Translations under genes and position numbers: made by a program | Shown: piece after piece, positions 1-8,588 of the stretch | How positions within the stretch are numbered: position 1 is the stretch's first letter | How the letters are laid out: the number at the start of each line of letters is the position of its first letter | Notes under the pieces: model-generated | Databases searched by the model: none | What the model was told of the DNA's origin: nothing | Seen by the model: only the letters and a program-made list of their open reading frames with translations | Assembly: GCA_026395955.1 (NCBI GenBank) | Contig: JAPLXR010000005.1 | Coordinates: 1 to 49,718 of the forward strand | Direction: 5' to 3' | From: Candidatus Nomurabacteria bacterium | Lineage (GTDB): Bacteria > Patescibacteriota > Minisyncoccia > Phycocordibacterales > UBA9973 | DNA length: 49,718 nt

Positions 1-1160
1 CATTCGCGAACTTTCATTAAATCCCAAATATTAGTTTTCCCCACATTTACAATTACTCTGCGCACAGCAGAAAGTGTAATAGTTTCTGTATCAGAGAAGA
101 ACATATGGTAGCGAACTAATTTTTCTACTTTCTCTGAAATATCTTTTGGGAATTTTAATCTCTCCATTATTTTTTTTACCATTCGCGCACCGACAACTTC
201 GTGCCCGTAGAAAGTATACTTCCCTTTTCCTCCAGCTTTTGTTCCGTCCCATCTGCGAGTGCGAGGTTTCCCTATATCATGAAAGAGTGCAGAGAGCCTT
301 ATATCTAAAGGTTCATTTTTATCTGCAGCATGACCGAGTGCATGGAGGATATGATCGAAGACATCATATATATGTTCACCTTTTTGTTCACAATGTATTC
401 CCTCTTCGAGTTCAGGAATAATATGTTGTAACAATTTTAATTTTGAAAGCATGCCGATACCTGTCATCGGATATTTAGACATAATTATTTTTGAAAATTC
501 ATCACGAATTCTTTCAAAAGAAATATTTTTTATTAAGTCAGAGTTTTCCACAATTGCAGAAATTGTCTCGTGAGAAATTACGAAATCCAATTCTGTGGAA
601 AACCTCACAGCGCGAATTAATCGCAAAGCATCCTCATTGAATCTTTCTTTTGTATCCCCTACTGTACGGATTGTTTTATTTTGTATGTCCTTTATACCTT
701 CATACAGGTCTACTAATTGTCCTTTAGAATTTAGCGCTAATGCGTTTATAGTGAAGTCACGTCTCTTTAAGTCATCTTCGATCCTTTGACTGAATTTAAC
801 CTCGTCTGGGTGTCTTTTATCGCTATATAGGCCCTCTATTCTATAGGGTGTGACCTCAATTATGTCATATTTAGGTGTTTCACGATTAACATCATCCTCT
901 AAAGTTTCATGTGTAACAGGAATGCATACTCCTACTGTCCCGAACTTGTTCTCATAGATAGTTTTCTCGAACAAAGGCATTATCTGTTCTGGTGTAGCAT
1001 TTGTCGTGATATCCCAGTCTTTCGGTTCCCTGCCGATGATCATGTCTCTGACACATCCGCCGACTAGGTACGCTTCAAAACCTCCTTTCTCTAAATTAGT
1101 TAAAATATTTAAAACCTTTTCAGGTACTTTCTCTATTAAGTTCTTTGTAAGTGTTTCCAC
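1..1160 (-). CDS. cca: CCA tRNA nucleotidyltransferase with HD domain (3' end runs off the window)
   Basis: Manual translation from GTG at 1160 gives AYLVGGCVRDMIIGREPKDWDITTNA, later DLKRRDFTINALA, RFNEDALRLIRAVRF and LFHDIGKP. Absent from the ORF track because it is truncated. Confidence 0.92.
   Translation of the reverse strand, partial: METLTKNLIEKVPEKVLNILTNLEKGGFEAYLVGGCVRDMIIGREPKDWDITTNATPEQIMPLFEKTIYENKFGTVGVCIPVTHETLEDDVNRETPKYDIIEVTPYRIEGLYSDKRHPDEVKFSQRIEDDLKRRDFTINALALNSKGQLVDLYEGIKDIQNKTIRTVGDTKERFNEDALRLIRAVRFSTELDFVISHETISAIVENSDLIKNISFERIRDEFSKIIMSKYPMTGIGMLSKLKLLQHIIPELEEGIHCEQKGEHIYDVFDHILHALGHAADKNEPLDIRLSALFHDIGKPRTRRWDGTKAGGKGKYTFYGHEVVGARMVKKIMERLKFPKDISEKVEKLVRYHMFFSDTETITLSAVRRVIVNVGKTNIWDLMKVRE
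876..918. promoter_or_regulatory. two degenerate parS-like sites inside cca
   Basis: TGTTTCACGATTAACA (876-891) and AGTTTCATGTGTAACA (903-918), each with 3 mismatches to TGTTTCACGTGAAACA. Confidence 0.6.
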
Positions 1161-1170
1161 TTTGTTTTTG

Positions 1171-1241
1171 TGCGGCTAGGGAGAATCGAACTCCCGTCTC
1201 ATCCTTGGCAAGGACGTGTTCTACCACTAAACCATAACCGC
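1171..1241 (-). tRNA. tRNA-Gly(GCC)
   Basis: Reverse complement GCGGTTATGGTTTAGTGGTAGAACACGTCCTTGCCAAGGATGAGACGGGAGTTCGATTCTCCCTAGCCGCA folds as a cloverleaf; anticodon GCC; CCA not encoded. Confidence 0.95.
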
Positions 1242-1262
1242 GTGGCTAATCTATTAATATAA

Positions 1263-1280
1263 ACCACTAAACCATAACCG
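1263..1280 (-). repeat. 18-bp direct copy of the tRNA-Gly 5' segment
   Basis: ACCACTAAACCATAACCG occurs at 1223-1240 (inside the tRNA) and again at 1263-1280. Confidence 0.85.
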
Positions 1281-1373
1281 TGGTTAGTAACTATTATATA
1301 CTTTTTTATTTCTAATGCAAAATATTTAATTTACTTAATCCTTTATTTAGCTTATACTTATAAGACATTTACT

Positions 1374-1445
1374 GCACCCGTAGTGAAATGGATATCATGC
1401 CTGCCTTCGAAGCAGTTGTTGGGGGTTCGAATCCCTCCGGGTGCA
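1374..1445 (+). tRNA. tRNA-Arg(TCG)
   Basis: GCACCCG acceptor stem pairs with CGGGTGC-A; anticodon loop CTTCGAA; T loop GGTTCGAATCC. Confidence 0.93.
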
Positions 1446-1520
1446 CAACGAAATCAATTAAAAAAAATAGCAAGTTGTCCTTTATTTTTGTCTTTGTAAA
1501 ACAAGGATTTTATGCAAAAC

Positions 1521-1550
1521 TGTGGATAACTGTGGGGGTATTGTTGATAA
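1521..1550 (-). promoter_or_regulatory. DnaA boxes
   Basis: TGTGGATAA at 1521-1529 (perfect reverse TTATCCACA) and TGTTGATAA at 1542-1550 (1 mismatch). Confidence 0.55.
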
Positions 1551-1655
1551 AGGACACACATTTGACTGTCTGTTAAATCAGGTAATTTATATTTTAGCTT
1601 ATATTATAAGGACATTTTGTATAAAAGACATAAAAACCCTATTTTTACAGTAAAG

Positions 1656-1671
1656 TGTTTCACGTGAAACA
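1656..1671. promoter_or_regulatory. perfect parS site
   Basis: TGTTTCACGTGAAACA, the canonical parS consensus, inside a 26-bp perfect palindrome at 1651-1676. Confidence 0.9.
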
Positions 1672-1680
1672 CTTTATATA

Positions 1681-1743
1681 TGTTATTCATGAAACATAAC
1701 TCAATAAAAACACAAGATACCGTTTAATGTTACTCATGAAACT
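1681..1743. promoter_or_regulatory. two degenerate intergenic parS-like sites
   Basis: TGTTATTCATGAAACA (1681-1696) and TGTTACTCATGAAACT (1728-1743). Confidence 0.55.
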
Positions 1744-1885
1744 ATAGTATGCAAAAATGGCTTTTATTTCGGGTACGAAAATTTTTTACTAAAAATTTTC
1801 TGAAGTTAGTTTGCCGTCGCAAACTAAACCCCCTACATAAAAGCATTTTTGCATATTGCATTGTTGGGTTTATAATTATATTAAT

Positions 1886-2302
1886 ATGCCAAAGGTTTTT
1901 ACCTCTGAAACACAAAAGATAGGGGAAATAGGGGAGAATGTCGCCTGTAAGTTTCTCGTGAAACAAGGTTTCACTGTTGTTGAAAGGAATTACACTAGAA
2001 AGTACGGAGAAATCGATATTGTCGCACAGCGACAGGAAAAGCAGGGAATTAAGCTATATTTTATAGAGGTTAAGGCTGTTACACGAGATCTGAGTGTTAA
2101 TCGTGAAACATTGGATAGCTGGCGCCCAGAGGATAATATGCACCCTTGGAAGCTGAAACGTCTCTCAAGGACAATTCAGACGTATTTGGTGGCAAAGAAA
2201 GTCCCTGAAGATGTCGAGTGGCAGTTTGACCTTCTGGTTGTCTTTTTGGATATGAAAAAAAAGAAAGCAAGAGTGAAAAGGGTAGAAGATGTGATTTTAT
2301 AG
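1886..2302 (+). CDS. yraN: YraN/UPF0102 family PD-(D/E)xK endonuclease
   Basis: GEIGENVACKFL, ERNY, GEIDIVA and FIEVK motifs. ATG at 1886 preferred to TTG at 1856. Contains parS-like sites at 1950-1965 and 2095-2110. Confidence 0.88.
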   Translation: MPKVFTSETQKIGEIGENVACKFLVKQGFTVVERNYTRKYGEIDIVAQRQEKQGIKLYFIEVKAVTRDLSVNRETLDSWRPEDNMHPWKLKRLSRTIQTYLVAKKVPEDVEWQFDLLVVFLDMKKKKARVKRVEDVIL

Positions 2303-2361
2303 AATGTTTACTCTGTATATTTTCTGTGTTATGTTATAAGAAAATCTTTAACATATAGGAA

Positions 2362-2970
2362 ATGAGAAAAAATATAATTATTACTGGATTACCACATTGT
2401 GGTAAATCTACTTTGCTTAAAAAAATTATTTCAGACATTGAAAAAGGAAAGTCCAAACAATCTTCTTTCGGTTTAGTTACAACTGAAATTTTAGAAAAAC
2501 CTCATAGGAGAATTGGTTTTAAAATGGGCTTCATAGAGAATGAACGTAATTCTCGTGCAACTGAAATTATTACACTGAAAGAATGGAAAAACAAACCTGG
2601 TTTGAAAAATATTGGGAGTTATGGAGTAAACTTAAATATTATTGCAGAAATTTGTCAGGCTGTTCATTTGAATTATGAACATTTAGATTTTATACCCAAA
2701 ATTTTATATTTGGATGAAATTGGTCCAATGCAAGTCGATGTTCCCGAATTCCAAAATTTAACTGAAGAATTTTTAGATTCTGAAAAAGTAACCCTGATGA
2801 CAATGGCGAGTTGCTACTATCACAATAGTGAACAACATCCTTTTGTTACAAAATTAAAAAAACGTGAGGATGTTAGGATTATCGAACTATATGATCATAA
2901 CAGGGAAGAAACAGAGGAAGGAATTTTAGAGTTAATTGATAGAATTCAAAAAGAGAAAATAAAAAAATAA
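2362..2970 (+). CDS. NTPase_1/THEP1-like nucleoside triphosphatase
   Basis: Walker A IIITGLPHCGKST, RIGF, and Walker B LYLDEIGPMQ. Confidence 0.75.
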   Translation: MRKNIIITGLPHCGKSTLLKKIISDIEKGKSKQSSFGLVTTEILEKPHRRIGFKMGFIENERNSRATEIITLKEWKNKPGLKNIGSYGVNLNIIAEICQAVHLNYEHLDFIPKILYLDEIGPMQVDVPEFQNLTEEFLDSEKVTLMTMASCYYHNSEQHPFVTKLKKREDVRIIELYDHNREETEEGILELIDRIQKEKIKK

Positions 2971-2974
2971 CACC

Positions 2975-3000
2975 AAAAACGCGTCTATTAACGCGTTTTT
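2975..3000 (+). terminator. intrinsic terminator
   Basis: AAAAACGCGT-ctatta-ACGCGTTTTT hairpin with a T tract. Confidence 0.75.
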
Positions 3001-3052
3001 TATTTTTTGATTAAATTGGTAAATAGGGAATTTATATAGTAATATATTTATT

Positions 3053-3451
3053 ATGAGTTCAGAAAGTAAAAAACATGGTCCAGTGCATCATTTAGGTCAT
3101 TCTTTGAATGAAAATACAGGTAGATTTAATGATGATATTGTTCGGTCAGATAAAGGTGAGAGTACAAATCCAGATGAAATAAAAAAGAAATGGAAAGGTG
3201 AGATTAATGCAAAGTTGAGAACTTTAGAAGAGACACAGGAAAATATGTTGGTTAAATACCAAGTAGTAAAATCTCTTTTAAATAAATTTGCATTAGGAAC
3301 TTTAGATAAAGGTCTTTTAGCTGAAATAGGTCTCTTTATGAAAGAGTTTGATGGGATAGATAAAGATTCTTTAGATTTTGAACCAAGTATGGAGGATTTG
3401 ATAGATGAGATTGAAATCTTTTCTGAAAGATATCTAGAAAAATTTATGTAA
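3053..3451 (+). CDS. hypothetical protein
   Basis: 132-aa ORF with normal composition and no recognised motif. Confidence 0.6.
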   Translation: MSSESKKHGPVHHLGHSLNENTGRFNDDIVRSDKGESTNPDEIKKKWKGEINAKLRTLEETQENMLVKYQVVKSLLNKFALGTLDKGLLAEIGLFMKEFDGIDKDSLDFEPSMEDLIDEIEIFSERYLEKFM

Positions 3452-3526
3452 AAAATAAAAGAGGACTAAAATATTTTTATTGTTTTTTCCTTTAAATATG
3501 TTAAGATTATTATGTTTTTGATACGA

Positions 3527-3597
3527 CGGGCTGTCGTATACCGGTAGTACACGTGTTTTGGGAACACGTTGACTGGGTTCGATTCCCAGCAGCCCGA
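3527..3597 (+). tRNA. tRNA-Pro(TGG)
   Basis: CGGGCTG acceptor pairs with CAGCCCG-A; anticodon arm CGTGT-TTTGGGA-ACACG; T loop GGTTCGATTCC. Confidence 0.95.
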
Positions 3598-3601
3598 ACG
3601 A

Positions 3602-3632
3602 AAAAATAAACAGGTAAAACCTGTTTATTTTT
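3602..3632. terminator. bidirectional intrinsic terminator
   Basis: AAAAATAAACAGGT-aaa-ACCTGTTTATTTTT between convergent tRNA-Pro and the 3635-3892 ORF. Confidence 0.7.
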
Positions 3633-3634
3633 GT

Positions 3635-3892
3635 TTATTTAAATTTTATCTTATTTTCTTCCAAGTATTCGTTCATTGGTTTTCCGTCTACCTTCCAAGC
3701 CTTTTCTTTTTCTGATTGTTCAGCTTGATCTTTTACTTCTTTTGAGAATTTATCCTTATTTTTTAAATAGTAATCTTCAAAATCTTTATATACTGTATCT
3801 TTTGGATGATTAATAATATAAACTTGATATTTATTTAAGGCATAACCCTTTAATGGGTCTTCTAGAAATTCTGAATCTTTTATATTGTCCAT
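3635..3892 (-). CDS. hypothetical protein
   Basis: 85-aa ORF coupled to the upstream ORF (3-bp gap). Confidence 0.55.
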   Translation of the reverse strand: MDNIKDSEFLEDPLKGYALNKYQVYIINHPKDTVYKDFEDYYLKNKDKFSKEVKDQAEQSEKEKAWKVDGKPMNEYLEENKIKFK

Positions 3893-3895
3893 AAT

Positions 3896-4246
3896 TTAAT
3901 TTTCACTAATTATTATTTTTGGATATAATTTTGATTTTGCTCTATTTTGAACAGCATCGAAATCCTCGATTTCTTTGTTTAGTTCTTCTATATGTCTGTT
4001 TGCATAATCAGAAATGAGATCTTCTTTTTTAGCTGGTTTGTCGTTGATCATTATATTTGGTTTGAAGTATTTTTCAGCAAATTTTTTACGTCTTTCTTCT
4101 TGAGTTCCAGTTTGAAGATATGTTATTTTATCGAGCTCTGCATTAGCAACATTTAATTCTGCTGTTTTTTGTATTAGCTCTTCTCTGAGTTTCTCAGTGT
4201 TACTTTTTATTTCTTTTGTTTTATTGAAAATTCCTAATTCAAACAT
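3896..4246 (-). CDS. hypothetical coiled-coil protein
   Basis: Probable ATG at 4246; heptad-like E/K/L-rich sequence. Confidence 0.55.
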   Translation of the reverse strand: MFELGIFNKTKEIKSNTEKLREELIQKTAELNVANAELDKITYLQTGTQEERRKKFAEKYFKPNIMINDKPAKKEDLISDYANRHIEELNKEIEDFDAVQNRAKSKLYPKIIISEN

Positions 4247-4354
4247 GGTTATATTATACACCCTTTCAAATTAAAAGTCAATACTATGCAATATAGATAG
4301 TATTTTGTCAAAATATCTAGCTTTTTATAAATAAAATGCTAATATATAACTATT

Positions 4355-4425
4355 GCGGGATTAGTTTATCGGTAAAACAACAGTTTTCCAAACTGTGGTG
4401 AAGAGTTCGACTCTCTTATCCCGCA
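4355..4425 (+). tRNA. tRNA-Gly(TCC)
   Basis: GCGGGAT acceptor pairs with ATCCCGC-A; anticodon arm ACAGT-TTTCCAA-ACTGT; T loop AGTTCGACT. Confidence 0.95.
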
Positions 4426-4433
4426 CAAATAAA

Positions 4434-4464
4434 AATTCCCCCGACCATTTTGGTCAGGGGAATT
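4434..4464. terminator. terminator hairpin between tRNA-Gly and the sigma gene
   Basis: AATTCCCCCGACCA-ttt-TGGTCAGGGGAATT. Confidence 0.7.
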
Positions 4465-4470
4465 AGATTT

Positions 4471-5343
4471 TTAACCTAAAAATGCTTTTAATAATTTACT
4501 TCGCGAATTATGTCTTAATTTTCTAATAGCTTTTTCTTTTATCTGTCGAACTCTTTCGCGGGTTAAATCAATGTCTTTATGGCTAGCGATTTCGTCTAGT
4601 GTCATAGAATGATTGTATTCACTAAGACCAAAATACATTTTTACTACACTACGCTCTCTTTCTGTTAAGGTTGAAAGGGAACGCTCTATTTCTTTTTTTA
4701 GTGATTCATCTATCAACCCTGCATCTGCTGGTTTTTCGGATGTATTCTCCATTACATCTAATAGAGAATGATTTTCATCGTTAAAGAATGGTGTTTCTAT
4801 TGAAACATGTTTATTAGAAATAAAAATAGCATCTGAAATTTTATCTTCATCCATCTCTAGTATTTCTGATAATTCTTCTGCGCTAGGTTCTCGCTCAAAC
4901 CTTTGTTCTAATTTAGAGAATTCTCTATTTATTTTGTTTATGTTACCAACTTTGTTTAAAGGAAGTCTAACAATACGAGATTGTTCTGCTATTGCTTGTA
5001 GAATTGATTGTCGAATCCACCAAACAGCATAAGAAATAAATTTAAATCCACGTGTCTCATCAAATCTTTTTGCTGCTTTGATAAGACCTAAATTCCCTTC
5101 ATTTATTAAATCCGGAAGACTTAAACCTTGGTTTTGGTACTGTTTTGCAACAGACACTGCAAAACGTAGGTTTGCAGTTGTTAGTCTATGTAGAGCAATG
5201 TCATCTCCTTGTCTTATTTTTATTGCAAGAATCACTTCTTCTTCTGCTGTGATTAAATCTACTCGGCCAATTTCTTGAAGGTATTTATCTAATGAAGCAC
5301 TATCACGATTCGTGATGGATTTGGTAATTTTTAACTGTCTCAT
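4471..5343 (-). CDS. rpoD: RNA polymerase sigma-70 factor, RpoD/SigA family, short Bacteroidota-like type
   Basis: Region 2 ([45 protein letters not shown]) and region 4 ([18 protein letters not shown]). No region 1.1; N-terminus [13 protein letters not shown]. Confidence 0.92.
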   Translation of the reverse strand: MRQLKITKSITNRDSASLDKYLQEIGRVDLITAEEEVILAIKIRQGDDIALHRLTTANLRFAVSVAKQYQNQGLSLPDLINEGNLGLIKAAKRFDETRGFKFISYAVWWIRQSILQAIAEQSRIVRLPLNKVGNINKINREFSKLEQRFEREPSAEELSEILEMDEDKISDAIFISNKHVSIETPFFNDENHSLLDVMENTSEKPADAGLIDESLKKEIERSLSTLTERERSVVKMYFGLSEYNHSMTLDEIASHKDIDLTRERVRQIKEKAIRKLRHNSRSKLLKAFLG

Positions 5344-5431
5344 TTTTAGTGGGTTTTTAAAATAACTTGTTTTTTTGTTCTAACTACAATATAACACATT
5401 TTTATAAAAAAGAAAGGGTTTCAAGTAAGTC

Positions 5432-5472
5432 TTGACTTTACTGATATAATATTATATTATCTTGTTTAGATA
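5432..5472 (+). promoter_or_regulatory. sigma-70 promoter with TGTTTAGATAA motif
   Basis: TTGACT (5432), 17 bp, TATTAT (5455), then TGTTTAGATAA. Confidence 0.7.
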
Positions 5473-5503
5473 ATATTGAAAATTAAATAAAAAAATAAAT
5501 ACC

Positions 5504-6409
5504 ATGGCAAGTAAAGAAATACAAAAAACAAATCAAAATCTAGTAGAAAAAGTAGATTTTAGAATTTTAACACTTAATGATTTATCGAATCCAGTACAAA
5601 TTCAAAGACTCTTCGAAGAGGTTAAAAGAATCAATCCTTTCAAGAAAAGAATAGGATTACCAGAGATAAATATTTTATTAGAAAAAAGGTTAAGAAGATC
5701 AGAAGTGGCAGAAAAAATGTCACAAGCGATACTTTCTGCTGATAATAAAATAGCAAAATTTATTTGGAATATTTCTACACCAAAATTCAAGTATGAAATG
5801 ATTTTACCTGGGGCAGGAGAAGTTAATTTAGATTTAATTAATAAGCTCGACCTTCGGGGTAAGATGGTTTGCAAAGCTTTTTTGAGTCATAAAAATTTAC
5901 CAGTACCAAGGCAAACTGCCTATGCAACAATTTTCGGTGAATATTCTTATGATGATGCTGCAGAGCTTGCTCTAATCTTAGAAGAGCTTTGGAATTCTGG
6001 AGTTTATGGAAAAGTCCTTGTTCAGGAATTCTTTGAATTTATCGATATTAGGGTTTTGTTCCTAATAGGAATTTCAGAAATGGGATCTTTTGTTTCTGAT
6101 TCTTCTGATGATGGAAGGGAGATGTACATAGCTTTGAAAACTGATGATCAATTACCAATTGATTTAAATTTTCTTTGTTGGATGCAACTTCGAATACCTG
6201 AAAAATACAGTAAATTGAGAGAAGAATTACTTAATCCAAAGTATCCAGAAGATAGAAATCTTTTTTGGGAAACGTTTCGTAAACAAAACAAACCGCATCT
6301 TCGTGAAAATAATTTTTTTCCTGAAAAACAAGAAAGATTTAACGAAAGTGTAGTTGAAAAAAATCTGGATGCTTCTATGAAGATTATCGAGAATGGAAGT
6401 GGTGAATAG
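5504..6409 (+). CDS. hypothetical protein with degenerate ATP-grasp-like motifs
   Basis: KMVCKAFLSHKNLPVPR and VLVQEFFEFIDIRVLFL resemble RimK/ATP-grasp segments. Confidence 0.5.
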   Translation: MASKEIQKTNQNLVEKVDFRILTLNDLSNPVQIQRLFEEVKRINPFKKRIGLPEINILLEKRLRRSEVAEKMSQAILSADNKIAKFIWNISTPKFKYEMILPGAGEVNLDLINKLDLRGKMVCKAFLSHKNLPVPRQTAYATIFGEYSYDDAAELALILEELWNSGVYGKVLVQEFFEFIDIRVLFLIGISEMGSFVSDSSDDGREMYIALKTDDQLPIDLNFLCWMQLRIPEKYSKLREELLNPKYPEDRNLFWETFRKQNKPHLRENNFFPEKQERFNESVVEKNLDASMKIIENGSGE

Positions 6410-6468
6410 ATAAATTGCGTATGATAGAAATATCATACGCAAAAAAATAAACTTAAAATTTAAAGAAA

Positions 6469-8022
6469 ATGGAAGAAAATAAAGAATTAAGTGTATTGAG
6501 TGAACAAGCTCTCTTAAATGCTCAGAGTAAAAAAGATTTTCCTGAGGAACAATTTACTAAATTAGCTAATTTGTATTATGCTTTGCTGTTTAAGCAAGCT
6601 CTTAAATCAAGATCTGATGTCAAAGCTAGTGCTCTAAAACAAGAAGCTGTATTGATATGCTTGCTTGGAATGTTTTCCGCCCAATCTTTAGGTAAAGATT
6701 TTCATCAGATTAAAAATACTGATGATTTGATTGGCCTAATTCATGAAGCGACTGGTTTAGAGAAAATAAAAACTTGGTTAAAAAATGAAAAAAAAGATGC
6801 TGAAAAAATATTAAAAACAAGCGGAATTGCTTCTCTTTATGAAGAACTTCTTAAGCTCGTGTTTAATTTTAGAACAAAAGAAATGATCCAGTCTTTGGAT
6901 TGTTTTCGTAAAAATGTTTTAGAAATGTTTGACTGGTTAAAACTAGTTAAAATATTAAATACTAATAATATTCATAGTGGTAACTTTGAAAAGTTTATAT
7001 CTGAATTCCAAAGATTCTTTGTTTGGGATAAAGAAAAGCTTTATAATATGTTTATTATGGGTATAACCATTGATGCGAACAGTTCATTGTTCTCCTTGAA
7101 AGATCTAATAAATTTTTGTCATAAAATACAACAGCCAAACTGGTTTAAAGATTTTGAGAATAAATTAAATAGTTCATTGAGTGGTGATGATGTTGCCTTA
7201 ACAATCTTCAAAGACAGCTCTTTTAATAGAATTGTTAAAAATATTTTACAGCCTAAAAATCAAAATATTGTTTATTTTCTGCGTAAAGTAAATCTCTCTA
7301 AGAGTGACTTTTATATCACTAAAGATTTGGTTAAAATTATTGATCAGTCTTTAGGTCATATTAAAAACAAAATTCAAAAAGAGAAAGAAATTGGATCAAA
7401 AAAAGATTCATTTAAAACAGTGAAGAAACATGTTAGTGCTTTTACTGCAAGATACAGAGCAGAAGATGTTCACAGGATTGTTTTAGAGCGACCATACTTA
7501 GCTACTTGGTTCTCTTATGAAGAAATGATGAGGATTGCAGTTATTGATTTAAAAAATGAAAATCAATTGCAAAATAAACTAGAGGCTGAATACGGTTTGA
7601 GTCCTGAAATGATTGAAATTTTTGGTTTATTGAATACGAAAGAACCAATAGGGGAGATATTATATAAACTAATGAGAGATAAAAAGATATTATCTTTTCA
7701 GTTTAGTTTCTTCTTGGAAAATCGTAAACAAAGACTATTGTTACCTTTAACAAGTGTTCAAAATCATAATTTTTTAAAGGAATTTATGGCAATTGTTGCC
7801 AGAGACATAACCTATAAACAATTTTCTATTTGGTTAGAAGAAATTGAAAAGAAGAATGCTGAAGTTGTTTTAGATAGTATTCCTATTTCAAGGCTTGCTT
7901 TGCATTTATTCCTTCAGCCTGAAGGTAAGGTTTCAAAAAATGTTTTAAAAAGATTAACAAAAGAATCTTGGTTTCAGTATTTAACTCCTGAAATGATAGG
8001 TTCGATAAAAAAAATGGTATAA
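6469..8022 (+). CDS. hypothetical helical protein
   Basis: 517-aa ORF with no recognised motif, followed by a terminator. Confidence 0.65.
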   Translation: MEENKELSVLSEQALLNAQSKKDFPEEQFTKLANLYYALLFKQALKSRSDVKASALKQEAVLICLLGMFSAQSLGKDFHQIKNTDDLIGLIHEATGLEKIKTWLKNEKKDAEKILKTSGIASLYEELLKLVFNFRTKEMIQSLDCFRKNVLEMFDWLKLVKILNTNNIHSGNFEKFISEFQRFFVWDKEKLYNMFIMGITIDANSSLFSLKDLINFCHKIQQPNWFKDFENKLNSSLSGDDVALTIFKDSSFNRIVKNILQPKNQNIVYFLRKVNLSKSDFYITKDLVKIIDQSLGHIKNKIQKEKEIGSKKDSFKTVKKHVSAFTARYRAEDVHRIVLERPYLATWFSYEEMMRIAVIDLKNENQLQNKLEAEYGLSPEMIEIFGLLNTKEPIGEILYKLMRDKKILSFQFSFFLENRKQRLLLPLTSVQNHNFLKEFMAIVARDITYKQFSIWLEEIEKKNAEVVLDSIPISRLALHLFLQPEGKVSKNVLKRLTKESWFQYLTPEMIGSIKKMV

Positions 8023-8033
8023 AAGAGTTAATG

Positions 8034-8109
8034 ATACCCCTGATACAATATCAGGGGTATTTTTTATTAAAAACACAAAAACCCTAGGCTTTTACACCAT
8101 AGGGTTTTT
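8034..8109. terminator. two back-to-back terminators (accessory ORF and hup)
   Basis: ATACCCCTGATA-caa-TATCAGGGGTAT-TTTTT (8034-8065) and AAAAACCCTA...TAGGGTTTTT (8077-8109). Confidence 0.7.
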
Positions 8110-8131
8110 ATACTTTGTCTCGAGACAAATA

Positions 8132-8404
8132 CTATTTAACAGCGTCTTTTAGACCTTTTGCAGCACGGAATTTTGGAACCTTTGTAGCTGCTACTTTAAC
8201 TTGTTCTCCAGTTTTTGGATTACGAGCCATTCTAGCTGCACGAGGCTTTACAGAGAAAATACCGAAGCCAGCGATTGAAACTTCATTTCCTTTTTTCATT
8301 GAAGAAACGATAGCATCAAACATCCCACTTACGATTTCTTCTGCTGCAACTTTAGTACCTCCCATTTTTCCATGTACGAATTCGATTAAATCTTGTTTGT
8401 TCAT
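8132..8404 (-). CDS. hup: HU family DNA-binding protein
   Basis: MNKQDLI, VSIAGFGIF, ARMARNPKTGE, PKFRAAKGLKDAVK. Confidence 0.95.
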   Translation of the reverse strand: MNKQDLIEFVHGKMGGTKVAAEEIVSGMFDAIVSSMKKGNEVSIAGFGIFSVKPRAARMARNPKTGEQVKVAATKVPKFRAAKGLKDAVK

Positions 8405-8588
8405 AGTTTTTTGATATTTGTTTATAATACTTTCGACCTTTTGTCTATAAATTACTTACCTATACATTATATATCAAGGGTTTTTTTAGGCAATAGCATT
8501 ACAAAGAGTTTATTTTTTTGACTTTTTATTGAAAAATCTGTAAAATAAAATGTAGAAAATAAGAATTGAACTTTAAAAAACTTTTATT

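Noticed and set aside
146-789. Plus-strand ORFs 146-421 and 595-789
   Set aside because: Antisense shadows of cca.
1374-1445. tRNA-Arg with a UCG anticodon as a novelty
   Set aside because: Uncommon in model bacteria but expected in lineages that do not use the ICG/TadA route; not special to this locus.
1388-1966. ORFs 1388-1576 and 1742-1966
   Set aside because: They overlap tRNA-Arg, the DnaA/parS region or yraN antisense, and have no protein-like features.
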